From NCBI GenBank assembly GCA_964188305.1, contig OZ076886.1: a stretch of DNA of 64,000 nt; one strand, written 5' to 3'. Positions 1 through 15,271 of this stretch are shown one piece after another. The DNA is from Podarcis bocagei (Eukaryota). The position numbers were made by a program, and so were the translations under genes. Within the stretch, counting starts at the first letter, position 1; every line of letters starts with the position of its first letter. The notes beneath the pieces were generated by a model that was given only the letters and a program-made list of their open reading frames with translations, searched no databases and was not told the origin of the DNA.

Positions 1-251
1 TGAACTAGATCCATTTTTAATGAATTTATTGTATTGAATTGGTGGGAATACCACCCCCCACCCCCAAAGCAGCTGCATCCAATATCCAAGCTAACAGGTA
101 AATAGACTGCTGTAACCTTGAAATGCTTTGAAATAAATCAGGAGCGGTGTACCTTGCCAAAAGTTCATAGCTCCTGACGTTTCCCTGCTCTGGTACTGAA
201 GATACAGTAACGAAGAGTCAGGAAAAGCCAATTCAGTTTAAACTAGTCTTA

Positions 252-494
<243 letters not shown>

Positions 495-1796
495 TCATGT
501 TTATCACTTGTCCTGAGAGAATCTGAACTTAGCCTGGCGCGGTGGTGTTCAGTATGGAATGGGGATATTTACTTGCTGTGAGATGGTAGGTACAGGGCTG
601 GGTAAGGATGTCAAGTTTATGCTGGGGTGATCTGAAAGCATTAACTCATTGTTATACAATTTGGTAATGAGATGCATCATTACAGATCTAAAAGCAGTTA
701 ACTGGTCCCAGCCAAAGAGTCATCCGTTAAAATGAAGAAATATCCCAGCATCTTATTGTCAGTGAACGGGATGAGACTGATGCCATTAGGAAAATGATAT
801 TAATTGCACAACAGGAAAAGGGCACGTCAGAATTGCCAGAGCTGGTCATGCATTACAGTGGAAACTGGGCGATGCTATCACTGCAGCATACCCATCATGC
901 TTCTCAGAAGCAAGTGTAAGCATCAAAAGAACATAGGGAATCCTGTGTCATAAAATGTCCAAAGTTGTGTTAAAGGTTTGAACAAATCCTTGCAAGGGAA
1001 TCCATTATTTTAAATGTGAGCATGTAATTAAAAACCTTGTCTTGTTCAACTTCAGCACAACTCTTGAGACAGAATACCTTTATTTCCACTGTGCAGATAA
1101 GGAATGAACCAAGAACATCAAAGGGTGCTGCTCCAAGTTCTAGATCTGAAAACACTTTGGGTCACCTGTACACTGTTGCTCAGAAATGCTTGGGCCTTAA
1201 CTCTTCCAGAAACAGGCATGTAAGTTCACAGGAGTTGTATTATCTGCACTACAGCAGCCGCTGTGCTAACAGCTGCATGGAGGCCCAGCTTGGCTTCCCT
1301 CTTATTAGCATTCCAGCTTGCAGTGAACACCTTTCTATTTTGAAGGGCCTTCATAGCTGGAATTAATTTGCTTCTCTTCTTCTGATTTTATGTATAATGA
1401 CTGATTTATACTCAGGGCAGCATTCACTTGTGCCCTTCCATGAACAGGAGTCCTTTGATCTAGTGAAGGTTCCCATTAATGAAAGAGGAGGGGAGGCAAT
1501 TTTCACCAATTCCCACTGCAGCTTTTATCCACATTGTTCTAGAGGACTCCAGTATGTCGGAGCAAATTTTGGAAGGGTGAGCAGCTGCAAAAAAAGTCTC
1601 CCCTCCTCTTCGGTTAGTTGAGGTGCCCACTGGATCAAAATTTCTTAGATGAGCAGGAGAGCACAACTACAACCAGCCCCTTGTACTTCCATTTTAATTT
1701 TTGCTTGGCTTATATATAGGGTTTTTTGCTGACTTATGGGAGAATAGAATGGCAGAAAAGAATTTCAAACAAATGTGCATTCTAGAATTTTAGTCA

Positions 1797-1922
<126 letters not shown>

Positions 1923-3402
1923 TCAAGGTAATGTACTCACATCTTGCTTGTGAGAAAATGTGTTTTTCCAAAGCGACATCCTCAGTATAGGATATTCATA
2001 ACAGTATTCATCTAAGGCAATATTTGAAATATCTATGTTTTGATGTCTCATTGCTATGTCTGTGACTATTTACATGAGACTTCGCTTTAGAACATGCAGC
2101 AGATTTGAGAAACTTCAATGGAACTAAGGAGAATCTTGCTATTTGTTTCCTCCATGACATTGACAAGTACTTTGATAACAGAAACTGCATTCTATTGATT
2201 CCAAAAGTAGCCCAAGTGGATCCATTTGCAAGACATTTCTTTTGCAGCTACTTTAAAGTAATCCAGTTGGACAATCCACCTTTCAGGCATGCTTGCTTCA
2301 GGTTCTGTAAGATTATCACTGCTGCCCTACGTCAAACAGAGCTAACAGAACTCCTATAGGGTTCTAGTTCTCTGACCTGACCCAATCTAATCTAATCTAG
2401 TATGGTAAACTGGAATTGGCTGGAAAACAGTATTTCAGTTCTCTTTGCATGACTGGGCAGTTGTGTATTACATGAGTGAAGTTTTTTTACAGCTTCAAAA
2501 TGAAGTGGCAGTTGAAAGGCTCGAAATTTACTTAGAAGTTTGACCCTGTGCACATTTTTACTGTAGAATTTTCTTGAAGCTGCTTAGACTGCAAAATAAA
2601 TAAAATAAAATACTGTCCTTTAACACTTCCAATATATTTCATGCTAAGTCCTAAAGTGTTATGATAAACTGTAAGAGAATTTTAAAACTATTCTCCTGTG
2701 CCTACTGCAGCAGTTTCTGATTGGTACAGATTCTCCCCAAAGTATTCTACACCCATGAACCATCTCTCTGACATTTTTACTGCTCATTATGTTTCTTGTA
2801 TACTAAATGGTCGGAAAGGATGCAAGGCCCTGGAGAACAGTCCTGACCCAAGGCCTACATTTCTTATGAACTTTTGAATACTTTTATTGAAAACTTCCAC
2901 AAAAAGTTTCAACGGCCTCCCTAAGAAACTGATTTTTTAGTTTTAACTCTACTGAGCAGAATGAGGAGTAATTTTCACTCTGATGTTTTAAGTAACTTTC
3001 TCAAAATTAAAAATGTTTCTCTGAGCAGGATATGGCTTGCATGGGGGAAAATGGGCACTTCAAGACGGGGGAAATGGTACTAGAGCTCTATAAACAGTCT
3101 CCTTGTCACAAGAGGAACAGTAACGTTGCATTTTTCAGGAGCTTAAAACTATTTCAACTTTCAAGAACCATATTAATGCAAAGCAGAAGCTTTGCATGTG
3201 CTCACCAAAGGATAACTGGTGCAACACAAAGTACTACCAGAAGCAGCTCCCGTCCTATTATCTGACATTAATGCCACGCCAATTTTTCAAAATACTACAT
3301 CTGTATCAAGCAAGAGCATTTTAGAAGGATGTTCACTAAATTGTGTAGTCTGACCAAGAGTTCGTGAGAAAAAGTTAAAGAATCGCCCATCCAAATCTTT
3401 AC

Positions 3403-3609
3403 CTGCAGTTTGCTTGATTTTTCTGTAAGTTCTGTCCTCAGCCTCTCTCCTTCTGCAACCTTGGCCAGCAATTCCTGTACCTGCCCATCCAGCTTCTTCC
3501 TCTTGTGCTCCGATTCAGATCTAACCTGCTGCAACACCTTCACCTCGCAGGCCAGCTCCTTGTTATCTGTTTCCAAGCACTGCTTGTTCTTTTCAAGATT
3601 TGATTTGAA
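3403..3609 (-). CDS. MYH10: MYH10 rod exon ([10 protein letters not shown]...KSSKLQ)
   Basis: 207 nt, tag/GTAAAG. Confidence 0.96.
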
Positions 3610-4398
3610 CTAAAAGCAAAAGAAAGGTAATCACACTTCACCTGCAATATAAAAGCTAGGCTTCACATGAAGCGAAAATCTTTTTTCTAGATTCAGACTA
3701 AAATTCACTGGCTTCTTCATTTGAGGCACCACAAGTTTGGTAATCTGATTTGAATTCTTAGCTGCTTCAAGTTCAATATGAATTTGTTTTTGAAACCGAA
3801 CTTTAGATATTGCATTGCAACACAACTGTAACACTTTACTGCAGAAGTGTCTACAAATGCATGAATTTGACACGGACATGTATGCTACCGGCTACAGTCA
3901 TAACAGTGCTTGCAACGATGGTTATGTGAGCAATTAAATCATAAAAGTGTGGCCTCATTTGCCAAAAATGTTCTGATATACCTAGGGTGGAGCAGAAGCT
4001 GCCACTGTAGATCACAATTCCACAGGGGATGCAAGAGGACCCAAATCTTAACACTTTATAATTTTTAGGTGCATATCTGTGAGCAACACCCGTATGAGCA
4101 AAGTCAAATGAGTTTGCATTTCTGAGATAGGTAGCAAAGACTACTGCATTTTCATCCTTAATCTGTTGGACGTTTATCTGCCATCCTGTTCAAAACTGCT
4201 GATAGGTTGGTTAAAAAATGCAAGATCAACTGATTTTGGTAGACAAATGGCAGCCATATCCACTGTGCAGTTATATTATGAAAGCAGAGTATTAACACCT
4301 GTTCGAATGTATATTTAATATATGAATATCCTGCCCTCCTTCAACTGAACCCAACATAGTATATATGAAGGGCTCTGAGGCAGTCTCCCGTGCATTCA

Positions 4399-4641
<243 letters not shown>

Positions 4642-5105
4642 CTATGCAAATTTAAGATAGTTTTCAGAAACAAGCAATCTACCAGCATTGCCCAGAAGTA
4701 GTAGTAAGAAGAATCCAGTTTGGATAGAATAACCAAGTTTTAGTTGTTATTCCCCAAAGGCAGATTTCTGTGGCAAGGGAGAGCCACCACCACTTAAATG
4801 TTACAAAAAACACCAAACTGGAGATTAATCTGTGTCAGAAGACATGAGGCAGTCCTAAATTTATTACAATATAAGGAATGCTGAGTTACTTTAGGAAACT
4901 CTTCCTGTGTGAGAGTTTTTACACAGATGTAAGTCATTACTGTTGCTTTGATTCAACAAAGGTTTCAACTATGCTCTGCCCTCATTCCATCTCCCAGAGA
5001 GAGTTGTAGCCAGGACTTCAGATTTACCAGAATAGGGCTTGTTCTTTATGAGGAATCAAAGCATTATGAACACATTCCTTGTTATGTATCTAGTCTTCTA
5101 CTAAC

Positions 5106-5318
5106 CTGAGCTCTTGTTGAGCTGCTGTGGTATCCAGGGTATCTTCCAGCTCAGTCTTCAGTGCCTCCAGCTCCTCACTTAGATCTCTCTTCTGCTTTTC
5201 AGCCTTGTTTCGTGAAGCCTTTTCTGATTCAAGGTCCTCCTGCAGTTCTGCAATTTGAGCTTGAAGTTCTCGTATTAATTTCAGCGCATTGTTCTTCTGC
5301 ACAGCTTCCTCATCCCCT
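5106..5318 (-). CDS. MYH10: MYH10 rod exon ([10 protein letters not shown]...AQQELR)
   Basis: 213 nt, cag/GTTAGT. Confidence 0.96.
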
Positions 5319-5673
5319 CTGGAAACACAACACAATTTCTTGAATAAGAATGAAGCTCAGGGTCCGGGATTTGCATAAAGCCTATTCAAATGTTGGGAGT
5401 TGAAGAAAGAGTTCTAGACTTCCACAAGAAAACTTATCAGTGAAGAACAATTTGGCAGTGTACTGGATTCTGTCTACCTAGTCGCAGATGGGAGATCTAA
5501 TAAGAGGTGGAAATCAAATGGCATTGATAGCAACAGTGACTAGATTTTGAGTCCATGCAGATGCCATGACACACACTCCTTGACATCTGCAGAGGCCTAC
5601 TGCTGCTCCTGATTTTTATTTTATTTTTCCTTGTCATGAAAGGAAATTGGTGATGCTCAGACCTTCTGTGATA

Positions 5674-5806
5674 TGAGTGGGGCTGAGACACTTCAAAGAA
5701 GTGTGACTAGCCCAAGGTCACCCAGCAGCTGCATGTGGAGGAGCGGAGACGCGAACCCGGTTCACCAGATTACGAGTCTACCGCTCTTACCACTACACCA
5801 CACTGG
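5674..5806 (-). mobile_element. Squam3-like tRNA/CORE SINE, 5' part
   Basis: Nearly identical, inverted, to the first half of the copy at 40927; A box TGGTGTAGTGG and B-box-like GGTTCGCGTCTCC. Confidence 0.85.
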
Positions 5807-5928
5807 GATGGGCTGTGGAGTGTACAATTTACACGGCACCCCACCACCAACAAAGCAGAAATATGCAGTAATAGCTTAATATCACCCTACAATACCAAAT
5901 AACCTGGCACTATCTTTGCATAGTCTAC

Positions 5929-6100
5929 CTGGCAAGAGCAGCCTGCAGCTCCTCTTCTTTCTTGGCAAGCTGCATTTTTAGCTCCTCAATCTGGGCTTGC
6001 AGCTCTGCAATTTGGTCCTGTAGATCAGTTGTTTCTCCATCAAGTTTCCTTTTAGCTTTTTCCAGTTCTTGACGAGTCTTTTCTTCTTTTTTCAAGCGCT
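5929..6100 (-). CDS. MYH10: MYH10 rod exon ([11 protein letters not shown]...AALAR)
   Basis: 172 nt, aag/GTAGAC. Confidence 0.95.
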
Positions 6101-9100
6101 CTTTAGGAGACACAATCATGGTAAGTGGGGAATTTTTGTCTACTAAACGCTATCTTGTGAGAGCATGCCAAGGATGAACTTACTAAAAATGAAGGTAACC
6201 AAATGGCTAATTCAAGATTTAGGGGCATAGAGTTGCATCAATCCCAAGTGGAAATGCCAGAATTCCGTGTACAAATTTAGAGCATCTAACTTACAGATCA
6301 CTACCACAGGACAGAGCTCCTGGAAATTATCATGTTTCAAATAGCATTCTGTTTGAACACTTCCAACATGAAGAACGATGCAGTCTGAGTTTAAAATCAG
6401 TGTTGTTAAGAACATAAATGAACCCTAGAGAGTAACAGTGATGTTTCATTTCTTATCTGATTAATTTCTGCTATCTTCCAAGGCAACAAAATTGGGATTA
6501 GAACAACTCTGTATGTCACTTATGTAATAATGACTATTGATGTTTTTATCACAATGATGGGACTGCCATTTGACTTTTCTGTGCCAGGGACCAAGATATC
6601 CTGGGCTGCCTATCTCTAGAACCTGGGAGGCAGGCGGCTTAAGGAAAGGAACTTCTCCCCACAAAGTCCTCAAACTATTACCAAAATCACAACTTGGTGA
6701 CAATACAAATCAAGGTGTTTAGTAAGGAAGCTTGATTGTTCTCTGACAAGAGCAGAGGTTCACCAGCTAAGAATCAGAACTTGACCAGCCCTGGGAGACC
6801 ATGATTAGAACCCTCTTGTCCAAAAGCTCCAGAAAAACATCAATTTATTCCACAGTAACTTCTAAGGTAGTTAACCCTATGTGTGCACCTGCATTTGTGC
6901 AGACAAGAAAAAGAGCACTTGGCTGAGGCAATAACTTCGCAGGGAATAGAAGGATCTTAAATGACAACCTGATGCATTATGAATTTCATTAAGGAATATT
7001 TAGTTTATAGAAAGTTTCTACTCTGAAACATGATTGTATAGCTTGTGCATAAAAGGGTTCTCTGCGCTTTCCTTTGCTCTCTGGAGACTATAAAAGAGAC
7101 TCTTGCAGGCAGCTAGCTCTAGCTTCTGGAAAGCACAACAGACAAGTTTCCATCTGTATCAAATAAAAGGAAATATTTGCTGGTAAGAAGTTGACTATAG
7201 AAATCTGGCTAGAAGCCACTGAAGAATCTTTGGAGTGTCCGGAAGTACTCTACAATTATTGGTTGTAGAAAACCGAAAAGTATTTGGAACCTCTTTAGTA
7301 CCTCTGTTGGTTACTTAAAGCACTACTGAACAGTACCTCTCCCGAGGAGCTTGTCTGAAATATGTAGTCAATGGCTGATGGTCACAGAAGAGGCTGAGGT
7401 GGGAAATGTGCCAATTTCCTGTTGGGTGAGATTGTGTTGGGGATAGAATCTCCTCACTCAGTCTCAAAAAGATGACTAACAACTCCTGCCTGTTGACTGT
7501 TGCTGGTAGAGGCAAAACCAAACCTTCAGGGCATTAAGATAAGCTTCTGGTCCTCAACTAAAGATCTCATGGAAAGTCTAATTCCCAAGCAGAGGGAAGA
7601 AATAGGAACTGGGAGAGATCCGTCTCTTAAGTTAAGCCAGGATCTTGGGAGGCTAACTATAGGATTTCTGTTGCCTCAGAGGAGAAAAACAATAAGACAC
7701 TTTGGGAAACTGTAAAAATGCATTCTCTTCCATTTTGGACTGCCAAAGAAGTGGTATATGGTGACACCTTTATGCTTTCTTCCAGTATCAGGTTGCTAAG
7801 TGTAAGGAAAGGCTATGACTAGCTTTAGAAATTGCAAGATGAACTTCAAAAATATGGCGGATGTCAGTTGCAATCCTTATTATTCAATTTCAGCCTATCT
7901 AGCTAAATGTCAGAACTGTAATACTTTCAGAATCAAGTCAGGTGGCCACAGCACTGTAGGCAGAAACTATTCCCAAATTAGGACACAAAAATAAGTAAAT
8001 GTGTATGGAAAGTCAGAATTCTATGATGTATGCGTTTTACAGCCAAAAATTATAGCACATCTAAATCCAAGAAGGGGGTTACATATACTGTTGATATTGC
8101 AAGTGTAACACTGCAAATATTTCATGGTATTTCTTCTCAAAACATAATCCATCAGCGAATGCCAAGAGCAGAAGGGGGAATTTTTATAAACAGAACATTG
8201 GGATAAAGAAAAATAACTCTATTTTGAAGCAAGTTGAGATAGCAAAAATAAATGCTAAGAACTTCCAGAAAGTATTCTAATGTGCAGCATAAACAGTGAT
8301 GTTAAAAAAAATGCAGAGAGAGAGAGAGAGAGAAGTCAGTGAGATTTGGAAGGCAACTTGGAGTAAGGAAGGGGGGGGGTATGAAGACTGGAATGCCCCA
8401 GTGAGAGAAGGGAACCTGTTCTTGTTGGTATGGCTCTGGTCTCCCAGTAGGAGAAAGAAGGAAGTTCTATAAGTAACAGTATACTGTACACAGGAGTGAA
8501 ATTTGCTTTGGTGATGCCAGGTGCTTAGATATTTGCACTAACATATAACAATCTAGGAATGCAGAAGTTGGTACAAAACAAAGACATTCTCCTCTCTTGT
8601 CATTCCATAGGGCCAACACAGCAACACCCAATTCATATGAATAAAATTAAATATTTTCCATTAATGAAGGACATGTTGCTTTCTTTCTTTTTTAAAATCC
8701 ACTTAACATAGACAAAAGTCAGATTAAGACAAAATGGTCAAAATGGCTATTAAGAAAACACAAAGGAACATTTGAACACATTTTTTTGCATTTGCAATGC
8801 TGAAAGCAAACTGCTAACCTAAATAGTTTTCTTTGTGCTGACATTCGTAATAATGAAATACTCAGATACCAAGAGATGCAAGTCCAAATATTTGAAAATC
8901 TGTATTTACCCTGATTAATTCATTAACTTATTTGTTACAGCTGGGATTAGCATGTTGGCCCACTGACCGGTCAAATGTTGTCCACTGACCTCCTCCTATT
9001 TGACCAAATACTGCCAAATATTTCATGAAGGGGAATATGACACTGGATAGGTCGCAGCTTAGCTTTTCTGTTTAGTTATGTATCAGCAGTAACAGAGAAT

Positions 9101-9739
9101 GAAGACAGCTTGCCCCTTCACCCTGCACTAGTCAGGAGCATACTGCTGACATACTGATGCAGATAGAAGAAAAAAGCAGGGGAAACAGGTAACCAAAGAA
9201 CTAGCCTGCTTTCAATTCAGCACACTTGTCTTTAAAAACCGATTTGTGTTCAACAGTTGCTTTAAAAAAAGTAGTTAAAAAAATGTAAAGCAGATGAAAA
9301 TGTATTTGTCATCAGAAGCCCTTCCCCCTTAAAGGAACAAAAATGGTATGACATAATTTGTGACATAGCACTTTCTAAAAAACTGACCCAGAAACTACAT
9401 ACAGGTAGTGGGGAGGGGGAAGCAGGGAGACTTTCATAGCAGACTGGCAGCAATTCATTCAGCACACGAACAAAAACTCTACAGGACAAACTGCACCTGC
9501 TGCATTCCACAATGTATGTTTGTATTAGCGTTCTCTTTCATATTGATATTAGCAACTTTTCAGCCTCTTTCCCCTTCAGTGCTTGCATGAACTATGGTTT
9601 TTATCTGAACTATGCCTTTGAGTTCTGGAAAAAGAGGGGGGAAATATTCAGTTTGTAATTCTTGTTCTCTTTTCACTATATATTTTTTTTTAATTATTTT
9701 TTAAGAAAGAAGCCCTCCTCTGAGTCCCTCTGCCATATG

Positions 9740-9990
9740 AAGTTTGCCTTCCCTGTTTGACATTTGCCTATTTTCTTGGTTGGGGCCCTTTGTATATTAA
9801 ATGCCCTCCCCAGGGAAACCTGCCTGGCACCAGACCTGTTTCTTTTAAATCCCAGGTGAAGACCTTTTTATCTGCCTAGACATTCCAAAATGTGTTGAAG
9901 CTGGTTTCTGAAGGCTGTTTCATGGTTTGTGTGGAATTTTGTTGATTTGTTTATTTTATTCTGAGTTTTATTGTATTTGGGTTGTTGTTG
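9740..9990 (+). mobile_element. Degenerate L2-like LINE 3' tail
   Basis: AATGCCCTCCCCAGGGAAACCTGCCTGGCACC...CCAGGTGAAGACCTTTTT followed by a T-rich tail, typical of squamate L2 3' ends. Confidence 0.5.
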
Positions 9991-10318
9991 TAGTAGTAGT
10001 AAGCATGTACATGGGAGCAGGCAGACCGTAGGTCAACTTGTAAATTCACTGATTTTATTTTGTAACAAGCCAGTTGATTAAAATATCATTCCTCCAACAG
10101 TTAGTGCTTTAAAAATACTTGATCAAACAAATATTTTCTGACCGAATGCCCAATCCTAACAGCTGCCAAACTGACACTGTGGAAGACTATTATTGTACCT
10201 CTGGTCCCAGAAAATGATACACGTAAAGGCAGTGATAAGCTTGTTTTTCGTTCAGTGTTAGCATACTTCCGACTTTTACTGAGAGTCCCTTCATATGGCA
10301 AATCTTGAAATTGCTAAC

Positions 10319-10442
10319 CTTCCAGATCTGTGATCATCATTTCCTGCTTGTTCTTGAGTTTAGCTAAGTTTTTGGCCTTTTCTTCTTCTTCAGCCAGCTG
10401 TGAAGTACACTCTGCAATTCTATCCTCCATTAATTTCTTTTC
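10319..10442 (-). CDS. MYH10: MYH10 rod exon ([11 protein letters not shown]...ITDLE)
   Basis: 124 nt, tag/GTTAGC. Confidence 0.95.
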
Positions 10443-11579
10443 CTAATTGAGAAAAAGAAAGCAACTGTTAGGTAGTACATATGTGGGCTCAGAGCAACAG
10501 ACATGGGTCCTGCAGATACAGTTTGAGGCTGCACGAACGATGCGACAGGACAGGACAATTCAATTGCCCCTCTGTATTTTACTGATCCTCCTAAGATTTT
10601 AAAGCAAAATGTGCAGGGTAAGATGAAAAGAAGCCTTGTTACTTAATTACTTCCAGGTAATTAAAACATGGGGCTCATCCAGATATATTTAGTAGAATGC
10701 ACAGCAGAAATCATCTGGTTCAGGACATATCATTCCCCAGGGATGAGGGGGAAATGTTTTTAATGGTTCAAATAGGGGAGAAGTAGAACTGACAAGCGTG
10801 CAGATAGGTGAGAACTCCCTACGGTAAGCACATGTGCCAAATATATTTGGAGAAGGATGCTGTGTATAAGGGTTTACACTGAGTTTCTGAGCCAGGATGG
10901 GCCAGCTGGAATGGTGGACTGAGAGAGCACCAGTGGGGGGCAGTGGATGCAAACTCCAAGGACAAGGAAAGGTGTACTGGAGGTGGGGTTGCTCTGGACA
11001 TGCTACAATTCTCAAAAGGGGCAGACTTCTCCACAGAACCATTATGGTTGGAGATACTGGGTCAGGGGCAATTTAGTACTTAAGAGACATGCTGTCATCC
11101 CCCTGACCAAAATGCTCATGGTGATTTTGAGATGGGAGAATGAAATCTAGGAGGCATCTGAAACAGGAAGTGTAGAAACCAGTGACTAACTACCCTCATG
11201 CATGTTCAGGTCACGATGAACAGCACTACCGCCATACAAATAGAAACAGGTCCCCAAATGCAGGTTGGGATTAAAGGTGGGACCTGGGCTTGGAAAGGCT
11301 GAAGAATGCTACTCTAGAAGATGATCATTAAATCAAAGCTATATTTCACAGAATGAACAGCAAAGCACACCCTTTTTGCACGACTTATGACATCACTGCA
11401 TGATAACAGCACAACACATGACAAGAGTTTGCTCTATGGGGGGGGGGGAGGGTCCTAAATCCAAGCCACAAACAGATGCCAATTACTCCCTGGATGACAA
11501 GATTGAGGAGCCACAAGATGGCTCCCACAGCAGTCACTTTTCACGCATTGCATTATTGTTTCCACATTCACTAGTTCTA

Positions 11580-11771
<192 letters not shown>

Positions 11772-11859
11772 TCAGCTGTATTATAACTTGCCCACAGTTT
11801 TCACATGGTCTCACCAAAGATAGGTCAATGTACCAAAATTTAGACATATTTTCTAATCA

Positions 11860-12129
<270 letters not shown>

Positions 12130-12914
12130 TCAATATATTGTCAAAACAACCATTTCATAGTTACGGGAGAATCTTGCATAGCTCACCCAGTCCTAAAAGT
12201 TGCTGAAAGAACAAGCATGCACAGACAACCACAGTTACCAGAGGGAAATACTTCTGAGTGATGCTATTTGCTGCAATCTTGTGTCTATCCCTCCAGTTGT
12301 TCTCAAGGATGGAACCAAGAAGGAATAAACTAACAAGAGGGGGAAAATATATTCTTTTATCTAGCTCAGGCTCCTGTTCATTATACCAGCCTGCAACTAT
12401 TTTTGCCACCAGTAGCCATATACGTAGAGAGAAACTATACAGGAAGGGTGTGCATGCATACAGGGGTATACTTTGGTCTTTCAAATTTCAGTGGTTCCCT
12501 GTGCAAGGCCAAAATTCAGTGTCCCCTACCTCTCGCCTTCTGTTCCGCACATGTGTTATGTCATAGTTGCAATACCCCCCGCAGCTCCGTGCCCAGTGTG
12601 GGGGAACCAGTTACACTGCCCTAAATCTGCCTCTGATTATATGTATATATCCAGAAAAGATTGAGTTCAATTTCAAAAGGGATCCACTGTGCAGCTTCAT
12701 ACCTCTTCTCCAGACCAGTCATTAAAATGTATTCGCTATAACTCCTTGCGTGTTTATTTGATCACACAATATGCTTTCTGTTCCTACACAAACTAGCTAG
12801 ATGTATCTAACTACAGTAAGTTAAGATGTTGGTTTTGCCTAGGTAGATAATAAAGTCATAAATGCTATTAGAATAAGGTCGACTTTGTGCATAGGTCAGA
12901 TTGTGTATACAAAC

Positions 12915-13272
<358 letters not shown>

Positions 13273-13531
13273 TCAGTTGGGAATGTTTGCATTTTAACAG
13301 CTACATCAAAGCATTTCCAAAGCCATATTCAAGTGCAAGGGGGCAATACTCGTGTTGTTTTTTTTATCCTGGCAATAAACTTATTCCACCAGACTGCTTC
13401 TCAAGCTTTTTAGCAGCGAAATAACCATGCATCTGTCTGTAAATTCAGTGCTTTTGATTAACCTAACTGAACATTTCCACAAAATCTGCACTTCAAATAT
13501 AAGCGTCTGCCAAGATTACTATGAACACTTA

Positions 13532-13883
<352 letters not shown>

Positions 13884-14023
13884 TTAAGCTCTGATCAAAA
13901 CGTACAGTGACCAATTTTCATTTAATCCCCATGCTACGCTTGACTAATGACAGAAAGTTATGTTGAGGGGGAAGACTGGGTTTAACCACCTGAAATGATG
14001 TAGCTCTAAACATGCCAAATCTA

Positions 14024-14158
<135 letters not shown>

Positions 14159-14351
14159 CTAAAGGCAGAGGAAAAGCTCTGTTACAGGACAGTACTAGCA
14201 GCTCCTTGTAATCATCCTTCTGGCTTTTAGCCTTACCTAGTTAAAGAAACTAACCACTCACAAGGATGAAGTGGGGTTCTGAATACTTCATGTGCAAAAC
14301 ATGAAATCCAAACCCTATCATGTCAGCAAATACATCAAATGTCAATAGTAT

Positions 14352-14795
14352 TGTTGGAGATTCATTCCCCGTGTCTGCAGTCATGGGATTGTTGTCTATC
14401 ACATGATGGTGTATGTTTTCATTCCACAGTGTGGGAAGTGACGGAGACAAGATGTTTTGTGTTACTGTGTTCCGTGAAGTGGGACTATTGTCCTTTGTTC
14501 TCTCTCTCTGTTGTCTGATGAGAAAGAGGATGGAGCCAAGTCAGAATGCTCCGAGTGTATTATATGTAAATAAACGTAGATTAGCCAAAACGCTGAGCTA
14601 CTGAGTTCTGTTATGCAAACTGCAAATACTCTGCGGATCCCTAAGTGTGCTAATGCCTTTTGGCATTAGTCGCTGTGATGTTCGGGTTGGAGAAAGCTTT
14701 TGAAGCTCCCGAACAATCGGCCAGGAGGGAAAGAACATGCCAGTTGGGCATGTGTCTCTACCAGGGTCCTACTTGAGAGTAGGTTGCTCCTAACA
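14352..14795 (+). mobile_element. Solo LTR
   Basis: TGTTGGAG...CTCCTAACA termini (TG..CA, short inverted repeat); perfect 5-bp TSD AGTAT (14347-14351 / 14796-14800); AATAAA at 14569. Confidence 0.82.
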
Positions 14796-14836
14796 AGTAT
14801 TAGCGACTGGGAAGGGAAAATTAGAAGCACATTTTA

Positions 14837-15271
<435 letters not shown>

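Noticed and set aside
6295-6415. Alternative first exon for a headless isoform (ORF ending at TCT|GTAAGT in phase 1)
   Set aside because: Splicing to the 6100 acceptor creates TAG at the junction.
9120-9200. Possible cryptic exon after a minus-strand pyrimidine tract
   Set aside because: Several competing AGs, a weak donor (AGG|GTGAAG) and stops in the required phase; insufficient support.
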